From Alphaproteobacteria bacterium (GTDB lineage Bacteria > Pseudomonadota > Alphaproteobacteria > CAAGCB01 > CAG-977), in NCBI GenBank assembly GCA_900768845.1, contig CAAGEK010000025.1, positions 778 to 64,777 on the forward strand: 64,000 nt of DNA, read 5' to 3'. This document shows positions 1 through 9,800 of the stretch, piece after piece. Numbering within the stretch: the first letter of the stretch is position 1; each line of letters begins with the position of its first letter. The position numbers were made by a program, and so were the translations under genes. The notes under the pieces were generated by a model. It was not told the DNA's origin, ran no database searches, and saw nothing but the letters and a program-made list of their open reading frames with translations.

Positions 1-342
1 TGTTTCCGTATATCCCGCTTCTTTAAAACATAAAACCGTCTTTTGTCTTACAGTTTCTCGGCGTTGTTCCCCGAAAGTCGCCGGCAAACGATTTTTCCCT
101 TTCCCGCGATTCCTGCCGTTTTTCATCCGTACCGACCGCCGCTTTTTTCTGTTTTTTGTTCCGAAAACCCGTCCGTTTCCCCCGTTCAAAGCACCGGTGC
201 CGGAAGTCAGGGAAGGAAAGCGCGTTGAATCCGCTCATGTAACGGGGAGGATCGAGCGTTGAGGAGGGGATCCCGATTCAAACGGCACTTTCCTTGTTCT
301 GACCGCTTGCCGTCTTTTGTCCGGCAAAAGAGGCTGAGCGGT

Positions 343-1203
343 TCAAGCCGCATTCCGGACGAAAGAAGCCATCTTTTCGACGGCGCGGTTTTCAATTTGG
401 CGCACACGTTCGCGACTGACGCCCAGACGTTCTCCCAAAACATCCAGAGTTTCCGGCGTTTCGGTCAGCCTGCGTGCGGTGATTACGGCGCGTTCGCGGT
501 CGCTCAAACTGGCCAACGCCTGATTCAGCATCAGCATTTTTGCGTCGTTTTCCTGACGTTCCGCCAATTCTTCCTCGATATTCGATTCCGAACGGATGAA
601 GTCTTGGCGTTCTGCATATCCTTCGTCGTAAATCGGCGTGTTCAACGATACGTCGCCGTTCAAACGTTGATCCATCTCGATGACGGATTCTTCGGAAACG
701 TCCAAATCTTCGGAAATCGATTTGACGCTTTCGCCGTCCAAAGACGCATCGCCGTACAACCCCAGTTTGGCCTTGATGCGGCGCAGGTTGTAAAACAGCT
801 TTTTCTGTGCCGCGACGGTTCCGATGCGAACCAAAGACCACGAACGTAAAATGAATTCGTTGACGGCGGCCTTGATCCACCAAACGGCATAAGTCGACAG
901 GCGCGTCCCTTTTTCGGGTTCAAATTTCTTGACCGCCTGCATCAGGCCGATGTTGGCCTCGGAAACGATATCCTCCATGGGCAATCCGTAAAACCGGTAA
1001 GTGAAAGCCACCTTTGCCGCCAAACGCAAATGGCTGGCAATCAGTTTTTTGGCGGCGTCCAAATCGCCGTATTTTTTGAAACGGGTCGCCAGCATATATT
1101 CTTCCTCCGCCGATAAAACGGGAAGACGGCGTATCGAGCCCAGATAGCCCCTTAAACCGGCTCCGCCCGCCACAACGGGAAGTAAAGCTGATGTCGTTGC
1201 CAT
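343..1203 (-). CDS. rpoH: RNA polymerase heat-shock sigma factor RpoH (sigma-32)
   Basis: 286-aa ORF with RpoH box QKKLFYNLRRIKAKL, region 2 STYAVWWIKAAV and region 4.2 HTH LGVSRERVRQIENRAVEKM. GGAG RBS lies upstream of the ATG. Confidence 0.93.
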   Translation of the reverse strand: MATTSALLPVVAGGAGLRGYLGSIRRLPVLSAEEEYMLATRFKKYGDLDAAKKLIASHLRLAAKVAFTYRFYGLPMEDIVSEANIGLMQAVKKFEPEKGTRLSTYAVWWIKAAVNEFILRSWSLVRIGTVAAQKKLFYNLRRIKAKLGLYGDASLDGESVKSISEDLDVSEESVIEMDQRLNGDVSLNTPIYDEGYAERQDFIRSESNIEEELAERQENDAKMLMLNQALASLSDRERAVITARRLTETPETLDVLGERLGVSRERVRQIENRAVEKMASFVRNAA

Positions 1204-1363
1204 TATAAATCTCCTTTCCCTGAGTTATCTTTATTGTTGTATAGGAAAGAACACGGCCATTTCATGTTCTTGTCACATCCTTTCTGTAAGCAACATGACC
1301 TTGAAGGCCGACGCCTTCAAGCGTTCGGGAAAACCTCGGATGAGCATTTCCCCTCACAGTGCC

Positions 1364-1391
1364 AGTATACAAAAAACGGCAGGGAAATCAA
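1364..1391 (-). promoter_or_regulatory. candidate sigma-70-type promoter of rpoH (TTGATT-N16-TATACT)
   Basis: On the minus strand, the -35 TTGATT is at 1386-1391 and the -10 TATACT at 1364-1369, with a 16-nt spacer, about 160 nt upstream of the rpoH ATG. Pattern match only. Confidence 0.35.
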
Positions 1392-1477
1392 TAGACATTA
1401 AGGATAATTTTAATAATTCTAAACAATCGGATATATTGCCTTGAAACAAATGAAAATTTTGTAATTAACTTCTAATG

Positions 1478-1727
1478 GCGGAAAGGGAGGAGCCGGAGAG
1501 CGGCCGCCCGCAAAAGGGATGGGGCGGCCGCAAAGGAGAAGGGTCAACCGCAAAGGGGAACGGACGGCCGCAAAGGGGAACGGACTGCCGCAAAGGGGAA
1601 CGGGTGGCCGCAAAGGAGAAGGGGCGGCCGCAAAAGGGATGGGGCGGCCGCAAAGGAGAAGGGTCAACCGCAAAGGGGAACGGCCGCCCGCAAAAGGGAT
1701 GGGGCGACCGCAAACGGAAATCCGGTA
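1478..1727. repeat. tandem array of a 20-bp unit (consensus CCGCAAAGGGGAACGGNCGG), about 11 phased copies
   Basis: CCGCAAA starts fall on an exact 20-bp lattice at 1508, 1528 ... 1708. A degenerate unit lies near 1478. Units 1508-1567 recur at 1628-1687, giving a 120-bp higher-order repeat. Confidence 0.95.
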
Positions 1728-1758
1728 AACAGGGCGAAATGTAAAAATTTTTGAAGTG

Positions 1759-1788
1759 TTGACTTTGTAAATATTCTATTTTTATACT
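1759..1788 (+). promoter_or_regulatory. candidate sigma-70-type promoter (TTGACT-N18-TATACT) for the DUF805 gene
   Basis: TTGACT at 1759-1764 and TATACT at 1783-1788, about 35 nt upstream of the ATG at 1823. Pattern match only. Confidence 0.35.
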
Positions 1789-1822
1789 GATCAAATGATG
1801 TAAATATTTCCGGAGAATTGCA

Positions 1823-2401
1823 ATGAATGTTGAAAAATGGGCGGAACTTAACGAATTAAGGGAAAAAGGCCTTATTTCGCAAGAAGAATATGAAGTAAAA
1901 AAGAAAGAGATTTTAAACGGCCTGTCATCGGAAACGCCTTCCGATAAAAAAGAGGACGCCGGTAAAATCTCGTTGTGGCAATATTTTATTTATTGCATTA
2001 CAAAGAAATACGCTTCTTTTAAAGGGCGCGCTCCGAGAAGTGAATATTGGGGATTTACTTTATATGTGATACTTTTGTCGTGTTTACTCGGTTTTTTGGG
2101 CGGCGTGTTCGGGCTTCTTGAATATATGCTCGTTGTGAGTGCTTTATTGCCTTTCGTTTTCGTGCTTCCCTCTTTCGCCGTTACGGTCAGAAGGTTTCAC
2201 GACTGCAATAAAAGCGGCAAGTGGTTGTTGGTTTCGTTCGCTTTGGGCGTCATTCCTTGGATTATTGCCGACCCCGTCGTGTTTTTGCTCTGCGGTTCGG
2301 GAGGGATTGTCATATGGCTTCTCTTCTTTTATTGGCTGGTTAAAAGAGGGGACGATAAGGAAAACAAATACGGCCCTGTTCCGACGGGTCTTGACAAGTA
2401 A
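1823..2401 (+). CDS. DUF805-family inner-membrane protein with N-terminal SHOCT-like segment
   Basis: N-terminus LISQEEYEVKKKEIL is SHOCT-like. DUF805 hallmarks are RAPRSEYWGFTLY and VTVRRFHDCNKSGKWLL, with several hydrophobic helices. Confidence 0.8.
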   Translation: MNVEKWAELNELREKGLISQEEYEVKKKEILNGLSSETPSDKKEDAGKISLWQYFIYCITKKYASFKGRAPRSEYWGFTLYVILLSCLLGFLGGVFGLLEYMLVVSALLPFVFVLPSFAVTVRRFHDCNKSGKWLLVSFALGVIPWIIADPVVFLLCGSGGIVIWLLFFYWLVKRGDDKENKYGPVPTGLDK

Positions 2402-2569
2402 ATGATTCGCGTCGGAAGAAGCGTGTCGCATTTACGGGAACACTTGTCGGAAAAAACATAATTTCCAACGGAACACGGGGAAAATCCCTTTCCTGAAATA
2501 TATCCGGTGAATCAAAAAAGGAAGAAAGAGCGTAACAGGCCTTTCTTCCTTTTATATTTTTGCGTCGCT

Positions 2570-5500
2570 TCAGTTGTCCTTGTTGAAAATGCGGGACAAC
2601 AGCATATACAGCCGTCCGGCTTCGGAACCGAGCAGAATGCCCAACAGGACGTCACTGCGTTCATTGGCTTCCGCCCGTGCCAGCACGCCTTTGAATTCGC
2701 CCATGTACTTGGATACATAATCGCGAAATTCGGAATCCGAAGTAAACAGGTCGCATATCTTGCGGACTTGGCTTTTGTCGACGGCGCGAGACAGGTAACG
2801 GATGAATGCGCTACGGTCGCCGCTGTAATAACGTTTCCACAAATCCTCTTCGACATTCGGCGCAAACAGACGCGCAATATCGACGCCCAAAGATTGCAGA
2901 CGTTCGAAAATGAAAGAGGTGTCTTTCATAAAGCGTTCGGTATCGGCTTCCTCTTTGCGTTTATCCAGCTGGATGATATAGTTTTCCGCCGATTTTGAAG
3001 CGGAAATCAACGCTTGAACCTGACGGTTGAACGCGCCGCCCAACTTGATGGACTGAGCCGCGATCTTTTCTCCGGAATCGTGGATTTCATCGGCGTTGCT
3101 GCGCATCAGGCGGAGCAATTCGCCCAAGCGTTTCATCGAATCGTCGGCGGCCATGGTCAAAGCGTCGGATTGGTTGATGAATTGTTCTCCCGATTTTTTG
3201 ACTTCGGCGACAATCCGTTCGGAATTGTCCGCCACGTCGGTGATCATGGAACGCAAACGCTGTCCCGCCAAATCGATTTGGATGACGCCGCGATTCGACA
3301 TTTCTTCAAAATCATGACCGATTTGAGAAATGCTGTCATTCAGGGTGCGGACGCGCAGATTCGCGTTTTCCGCCGTTTTATTGAAATCCGCACTGCGTTC
3401 GTGCAGGGAGGCGGTGAAGTTTTTGATGGCTTTTTGAGCTTCGTCCGAAATGCGGTTGATCTGGTGCGATTGAACAAGGAAGGTTTCGCCGGCGTTTTCC
3501 AGCTGTTCCTGAGCCATTTCCGACGCCGCTTCCATCTGGGAGGCGCGCATTTTGAATTCCTGAGCGGCAACGTCGAGGGCTTCAATAACCTGATCCGTCA
3601 CCTTGTCCAACGCCGCCGCCTGTTCTTCAAGGAAAAGGGCGGCGGTTCTGGAACGGCGCAATCCGTCTTCCGCGGATTTCACCGCTTCGTCGTTTCTCTG
3701 GCGCAACGTTTCGCCCATCGCATCCAATTCAAACCCGATGCGCGACGACGCCGTCAGCAAATCGTTCGTACTCTGGCGCGTGGCTTCGCTGACCGTGCGG
3801 ACTTGGGTGACGATTTCTTCGGCGGCTTCCTTCATATGGCGGATTTGCTGATCCATGGCCGCTTCACCCAAACGGGCTTGCGTCGAAACAAGGTTTGCCA
3901 CGTCGCTCAGGTCGATAATCTGGCGTTGGAGGGAATCGCGCACCATAACGGCCTGTTGGGTTGATTTCGTCGTGTGGGTTTGCAGATTTTCGGCCTGTTC
4001 CTCCATCGCGGAACACAGATTGCCGACTCGAGCCATCAAATCGTCGGCCGCCCTGTCGAATACGGAACGTTGTTTTTCCAAAACGCCGGAAGTTTCTTCG
4101 GAACGCAGGCTTGTTTCCTTTAATGCGACATTGAATTCCTGAGTTTTGGTCGAGAACAGATCCGATACGGAGGAAATCTGCTCTCTGGCGGAATCGGCCA
4201 GCCGGTACAAGGATTCGGCCTGATGCGCCAGCCCGTCTCCGACGGTTTCCAGTTGGGTCAATGTCGTTTCCGAAGCGTTGGTCAGTTCTTTCGATTGAGT
4301 GTTCAGGCTTTCTTCGATCAAACGGATGCGTGACAACAGACGGTCGAAATCCTTGTCAATCTGCTCGGATTGATCGCGCAACATCGCTATGACCTGACGC
4401 GTCTGGTCGTTCAGTCTTTCCGAAGCGTTCGCCAGAGAGTTCCCCTGTCGTCCGAAAAGGGAATTCAGCTCGCTTGTCTTGACGGACAGGGAATCCGAAG
4501 AAGACGCGACCGCTTCCAGCAATTCCGCCGTTCCCGTATGGAAATCGCGGAATTGCAACTGCATGGCGGATACGCAGCTTTCCGTTCTGGTGCGCAGGTT
4601 TTCCGCGGCGGCGTCCATTTGGGCGATTCTGTCTGAAATTTTCGCATCGACTTCTTCGGCGAAAACGGACAATCCGGCGGACGTTTCCTGCCACGCGGCC
4701 TTATGCGTTTCCACTTCCTCTTTCAATGTTTCCGCCGCCTGAGCCGTTTTGCGCGCCGATTCGTCCAACGCGTCCGTTTGCTGTCCGATCGCTTGCGCCG
4801 CGTCAAGAACCGTGTCGACAATCCCGTTCGCCTGATCCAGTGCCGCCGTCAGCTGTTTCGCAAGGTTCGACGTCGCTTGCGAAGTCCTGTCTTCCAACAG
4901 GGCGGACATCGCCGTCAAATCATCGGCCTCTTCTTTCAAAGAAGCTTTTATTTCTTCAATGCGGCTTGTCGCGCCGGAGATGTACTTCTGCTGTTGAGCC
5001 AGAGAGGTTTCCGTGATCATGGATTGCGAGGACAATGCGCCCGCCAAATCGGTCAGTTCGGAAACGTTTTTGACGATTTTAGCGCAGAAATCATCCGATT
5101 TTTCAACGGCGGCGTCCGTTTTTTGCGAAAAATCGGAAATCCGCGTTTCGACTTCGCGACTGCTCCGTGCGACTTTTTGTAAAATCTCATCCAGCGTTTC
5201 GCTCAGGTTGTGAACGTGTTCGGCGATCGACATTGCGGCGTTTTCGGCGTTTTCTTCCAGATTTTCAACGGATTTTTCCAACGCGTTGCGGTGGCCGGAA
5301 AGCGTTTCCGATACGCTTTCGATGCTTTCCTCCGCGGTTCGGGCGGCGTCGACGACGGCGTCCTTCTTTTCAAACAGCGTTTGCGTGACGTCGTTGATGC
5401 GTTCGATCGTCGTGTCGGACACTTCGCCGATTTCTTTGGTGTAAAGATCCAAAGTCCCTTCAACGGTTTTAAAGCGGGTCAGGATTTTTTCGGCTTCCTG

Positions 5501-6724
5501 ATTCATCAGGAGGTTTTGCTCTTTGAACGTTTTCGCCAACCGTTCCGACGTTACGGTCAGCGTTTCGTTTTGTTCGCTGATGACGGTGTTTTGTTCGGCG
5601 AATATCTTGCCCAAAGTTTCCGCACGGGATGTCAGGCTGTCCGCCATGCGGTCGGCCGTTGCGCGGGCTTTTTCCGAAACGCCGGCCAGTTTGCGGGTTT
5701 GTTCTTCCAAATCCAGATTGACGGAATCCATGTTGTCACGCGCCGTATTTCCGGCTTCGCTCAAAGAAGCCAGCAACTGCCCCGTGTCATCCGCGATGGC
5801 GGCGATCTGGCGGCTCAACAGGTCGTGCATCGCCGTTCCCGCTTGTGTCAAAGCCGAACTTTGGCGCGTGATTTCCGCCGTGACCGCTCCCGTCTGTTCG
5901 CTTAAAAGCGTTCTGGCGTTTTCCGAAGCGTTCCGGACAAGGGAAATCTGTTGCCGCAATTCCGCGGCGATCAGATTCGTTTCATCGCGCACGGCGTCAC
6001 GCGTTTTACGCAGGTGCGCTTCGTTTTCCATCAAAGACCCGTTGAAATCGTCCATGGCCGACACGACGTTTCGCGCCGTTTCGTTGATGTCGGATGCGGA
6101 CGCTCCCAGCATTTCGATTTTTTTGCCGGCCGCGTCCGAAAACGAACGTGTCGCGCTTTCAATCAATTCGGAAGCGTCTTCCAAACGGTTGAAAGCCGCT
6201 TGGGTTTCCGCATTCACCTTTTCGGACAGAGCCTGAACTTCCTTCAGCCTTTTTTCCAGCAAATCGCCGCACGAGAATATCTTGCGGTAAACGTCGTTCA
6301 AATCCGCGACCTGTTCTTTCAGGCCTTCCATCATGTTTTTGGATTGGATTTTATGCTTGGAAGTCGGAAACATGAACGCGTGCATATACTTGCGCAGTTT
6401 TCGCGCTTCGTATTCGTTTCTGGAATATCCGGACAGAAACAGCCCCGCAATCCAGATGAAGGCCATCGGGAACAAAATGCCGGTGACAAAGCTGAAAAAT
6501 TCGGGCGGGGTCATTTCATAACGCTGTTCCCACCATCCCGAAACGATCAGGTATCTGGCGACCGCGGCGATCCAAACCGCGCAAAGAACCGTACCGGCGA
6601 TCGTCCCTTTGTTTTCATACCAAGCCTGCGATTCGGCGGGAACGTCCTCTTGCGAAGAAAAAATCGGCGCGCCGTTTTGGTCTTCGGTGAAAGCATCCGT
6701 TTCTGAACCCGTGCGTTTTGACAT
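2570..6724 (-). CDS. giant membrane-anchored coiled-coil protein (function unknown; TipN/GPR-like polar scaffold candidate)
   Basis: The ORF is open to 6733 (1387 aa). The second ATG at 6724 has an AAGGA RBS 8 nt upstream. Two N-terminal TM helices (GTVLCAVWIAAVARYLIV, ILFPMAFIWIAGLFL) are followed by more than 1100 aa of heptad-like low-complexity sequence and a compact C-terminal domain (DLWKRYYSGDRSAFIRYL...). Confidence 0.85.
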   Translation of the reverse strand: MSKRTGSETDAFTEDQNGAPIFSSQEDVPAESQAWYENKGTIAGTVLCAVWIAAVARYLIVSGWWEQRYEMTPPEFFSFVTGILFPMAFIWIAGLFLSGYSRNEYEARKLRKYMHAFMFPTSKHKIQSKNMMEGLKEQVADLNDVYRKIFSCGDLLEKRLKEVQALSEKVNAETQAAFNRLEDASELIESATRSFSDAAGKKIEMLGASASDINETARNVVSAMDDFNGSLMENEAHLRKTRDAVRDETNLIAAELRQQISLVRNASENARTLLSEQTGAVTAEITRQSSALTQAGTAMHDLLSRQIAAIADDTGQLLASLSEAGNTARDNMDSVNLDLEEQTRKLAGVSEKARATADRMADSLTSRAETLGKIFAEQNTVISEQNETLTVTSERLAKTFKEQNLLMNQEAEKILTRFKTVEGTLDLYTKEIGEVSDTTIERINDVTQTLFEKKDAVVDAARTAEESIESVSETLSGHRNALEKSVENLEENAENAAMSIAEHVHNLSETLDEILQKVARSSREVETRISDFSQKTDAAVEKSDDFCAKIVKNVSELTDLAGALSSQSMITETSLAQQQKYISGATSRIEEIKASLKEEADDLTAMSALLEDRTSQATSNLAKQLTAALDQANGIVDTVLDAAQAIGQQTDALDESARKTAQAAETLKEEVETHKAAWQETSAGLSVFAEEVDAKISDRIAQMDAAAENLRTRTESCVSAMQLQFRDFHTGTAELLEAVASSSDSLSVKTSELNSLFGRQGNSLANASERLNDQTRQVIAMLRDQSEQIDKDFDRLLSRIRLIEESLNTQSKELTNASETTLTQLETVGDGLAHQAESLYRLADSAREQISSVSDLFSTKTQEFNVALKETSLRSEETSGVLEKQRSVFDRAADDLMARVGNLCSAMEEQAENLQTHTTKSTQQAVMVRDSLQRQIIDLSDVANLVSTQARLGEAAMDQQIRHMKEAAEEIVTQVRTVSEATRQSTNDLLTASSRIGFELDAMGETLRQRNDEAVKSAEDGLRRSRTAALFLEEQAAALDKVTDQVIEALDVAAQEFKMRASQMEAASEMAQEQLENAGETFLVQSHQINRISDEAQKAIKNFTASLHERSADFNKTAENANLRVRTLNDSISQIGHDFEEMSNRGVIQIDLAGQRLRSMITDVADNSERIVAEVKKSGEQFINQSDALTMAADDSMKRLGELLRLMRSNADEIHDSGEKIAAQSIKLGGAFNRQVQALISASKSAENYIIQLDKRKEEADTERFMKDTSFIFERLQSLGVDIARLFAPNVEEDLWKRYYSGDRSAFIRYLSRAVDKSQVRKICDLFTSDSEFRDYVSKYMGEFKGVLARAEANERSDVLLGILLGSEAGRLYMLLSRIFNKDN

Positions 6725-6880
6725 AAAAACCATCCTTCAGGAAGCACTTCTTTCCGGTAAAAAAGATTCCGTAAAAACAGGTTTTCGTCAAGGATTGTAT
6801 TGACTTTATCCTGCGTACGGTTAAAACAGAACCTATATCTATCACAAAAGTCTTAAAAATATCTTTGAACGGGTGCGAAA

Positions 6881-9800
6881 ATGGCGGAAAAAGTGAAACA
6901 CTATCCCGAAATTCAGGCCAAAGCTGATTTTCCGGAGATTGAAAGGGAAATTCTGGCGTATTGGCGGGAAAACGGCACGTTTGAAAAAAGCGTGCAAAAC
7001 CGCGACGCCGGAAAAAACGGCGATAACGAATACGTTTTTTACGACGGTCCTCCGTTTGCGAACGGTTTGCCGCATTACGGACACCTTGTCACGGGGTATG
7101 TCAAAGATATCGTCCCCCGTTACCAAACGATGCGCGGCCATCGCGTCGACCGCCGTTTCGGTTGGGACTGCCACGGTCTGCCCGCGGAAATGGACACCGA
7201 AAAGTTCTTGGGGTTTTCGGGGCGCGACGCGATTACAAAGTTCGGAATCGGCAAGTTTAACGAAACCTGTCGCGAACGCGTCCTGATGTACACGAAAGAA
7301 TGGGAAAACACCGTGACGCGTCAGGCGCGCTGGGTCGATTTCTCCCATGATTACAAGACGATGGATCTTTCCTATATGGAAAGCATCATTTGGGCGTTCA
7401 AAAAACTGTACGACAAAGGTCTGATGTACGAAGGCGTCCGCGTCCTGCCGTACAGTTGGGCGGCGGAAACCCCCGTTTCCAATTTTGAAACGCGCATGGA
7501 CAACTCGTACCGCGAACGTGAAGACCCCGCCGTTACGGTTATGTTCACGTTGCTTCCCGCCGCCGGCGAAGACAAGCCCGTCAAAATGCTGGCATGGACG
7601 ACGACTCCGTGGACTCTGCCGTCGAATCTGGCTTTGGCGGTCGGTTCCGACATTGATTATGCCCTGTATGAAGAAGACGGCGTCCGTTACGTCATCGCCG
7701 AAGCGTTGGCCGGAAAATACAAAAAGGAACTGGCCAAGGCGCAAAAGGTCGGATCGCTGAAAGGCAAAGACCTGATCGGGCGCAGGTATGAACCGTTGTT
7801 CGACTATTTCAAAGACCTGCCCAACTGTTTCCAAGTCATCGGTGCGGATTATGTGTCGGTCGAAGACGGTACGGGGATCGTTCACATCGCCCCCGGATTC
7901 GGCGAAGACGACTTGAACGCGACGATTCCCTATAACATCCCCGTCGTTTGTCCCGTCGATACCAAAGGCCGCTTTACCAAAAAAGTTCCGGATTACGAAG
8001 GGATGCAGGTTTTTGAAACGAACCTGCCGATTATCGAACGGCTGAAAAAAGAAGGAAAGCTGGTCAGGCGCGAACAGTACCGCCACAGCTATCCGCATTG
8101 TTGGCGCACGGATACGCCGTTGATTTACAAGGCGATTAACAGCTGGTTTGTCAAAGTGACCGATTTTCGCGACCGGATGGTCGAGCTGAATCAGCAAATT
8201 ACATGGATTCCCGAACACGTCAAGAACGGTTCTTTCGGCAAATGGCTGGAAAATGCGCGTGACTGGTCGATTTCGCGTATGCGTTTCTGGGGAACGCCGA
8301 TTCCCGTTTGGAAATCCGACGATCCCCGTTATCCGCGCACCGACGTTTACGGCAGCATTGCCGAGCTGGAACGCGATTTCGGCGTGAAAGTCACCGATTT
8401 GCACCGTCCGTTCATTGATTCTCTGGTTCGTCCGAATCCCGACGATCCGACGGGAAAAAGTATGATGCGCCGCGTCGAAGACGTGTTTGACTGCTGGTTT
8501 GAATCCGGTTCGATGCCCTATGCGCAGGTTCATTACCCGTTTGAAAACAAAGAATGGTTTGAAAACCATTTCCCCGCCGATTTCATCGTCGAGTATCTGG
8601 CTCAAACACGCGGGTGGTTCTATACGTTGATGGTTATGTCGACGGCTTTGTTCGATCGTCCGCCGTTTAAAACCTGTCTGTGTCACGGGGTCGTTTTGGA
8701 CGAGAATCAGCAAAAGCTTTCCAAGCGTTTGCGCAATTATCCCGCTCCCGACGAAGTGTTCAACACGCTGGGGTCGGACGCTTTGCGGTGGTTTTTGGTT
8801 TCTTCTCCGATTTTGCGCGGCGGCAACCTGTCGATCGACCGCGAAGGAAAAGAAATTGCCAAAGCGTCGCGCAAAGCTTTGATTCCTCTGTGGAACGCGT
8901 TTCATTTCTTCTGCCTGTATGCGAACGCCGAAGGGTTGAAAGCCGGAATCGTGACGAAGCCGTCGGATGTTTTGGATCGTTATATTCTTGCCAAACTGCA
9001 CGATTTGATTAAAGGGCTGACGGAAAAGCTGGATGCGTGCGATATTGTGGCGGCGTGTGCGGACGTTGCGGATTTTCTGGAAATCCTGAACAACTGGTAC
9101 ATCCGCCGTTCGCGTGCGCGGTTCTGGTCGTTGGATCAGGGGCGCGAGGCGTTCGACGTCCTGTATACGGTTTTGCATACGCTGGCCAAGGTTCTGGCTC
9201 CGTTGTTGCCGCTGACGTGCGAATACATCTACCGCGGATTGACGGGGGAGGAAAGCGTCCATCTGACCGATTGGGTTGATGCGTCGATGTTTGCGGCGGA
9301 ACCGGAACTGGTTTCCGACATGGATTTCGTGCGTTCCGTCTGTTCGACGGCCAAAGCGGTGCGCGAAGAACGCAAATTGCGCAACCGTCTGCCTTTGGCG
9401 TCTTTGACGGTGGCGGGCGAAAAGGCCGGACGGTTGGCGGATTATGTGCCGTTGATCGAAGACGAAATCAATGTCAAACAAGTCGTTTTGGAACGCGATG
9501 TTCGGGCGTTGGCGGATTATACGCTGTATGTCCTGACGCCGGTCGTCGGCAAACGTTTGGGACGGTTTATGAAAGACATTCTGACCGCGTCGAAAACGGG
9601 CGAGTGGTCGAAAAACGCGGACGGCACGCTGTCAATCGCCGGACAAACGCTGAACGCCGACGAATTCGAGTTGCGCTTGGTCTTAAAAGAAGGCGCGGCG
9701 GGTATGGCTTTGCCGGACAACACGGCGGTCGTCGTTTTGGACGTCACAAAGCATCCCGAACTGGAACGCGAAGGCATTGCACGCGATTTCGTCCGCGTCG

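Noticed and set aside
318-350. tRNA-like GGTTCAAGCC T-loop motif
   Set aside because: There is no acceptor or anticodon arm complementarity around it. The motif overlaps the rpoH stop codon region.
23-443. Small ORFs (61-78 aa) at the left edge downstream of rpoH
   Set aside because: They are low-complexity, Arg/Lys/Phe-rich and mutually overlapping on both strands, with no RBS or motif. The region looks like terminator and repeat-bearing intergenic DNA.
1419-1794. Four overlapping ORFs (69-109 aa, both strands) and a CRISPR-like regular spacing across the repeat region
   Set aside because: All frames are open only because the 20-bp unit lacks stop codons. The peptides are pure repeat translations (GRPQKGWG..., PFCGRPFPF...). 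The units are contiguous with no unique spacers and no cas genes are present, so this is a tandem minisatellite, neither a set of genes nor CRISPR.
6842-9481. 879-aa ORF antisense to ileS
   Set aside because: It lies entirely within and opposite an unmistakable IleRS gene. Its Arg/Phe/Gln/Pro-rich composition is typical of shadow ORFs, and it has no motifs.
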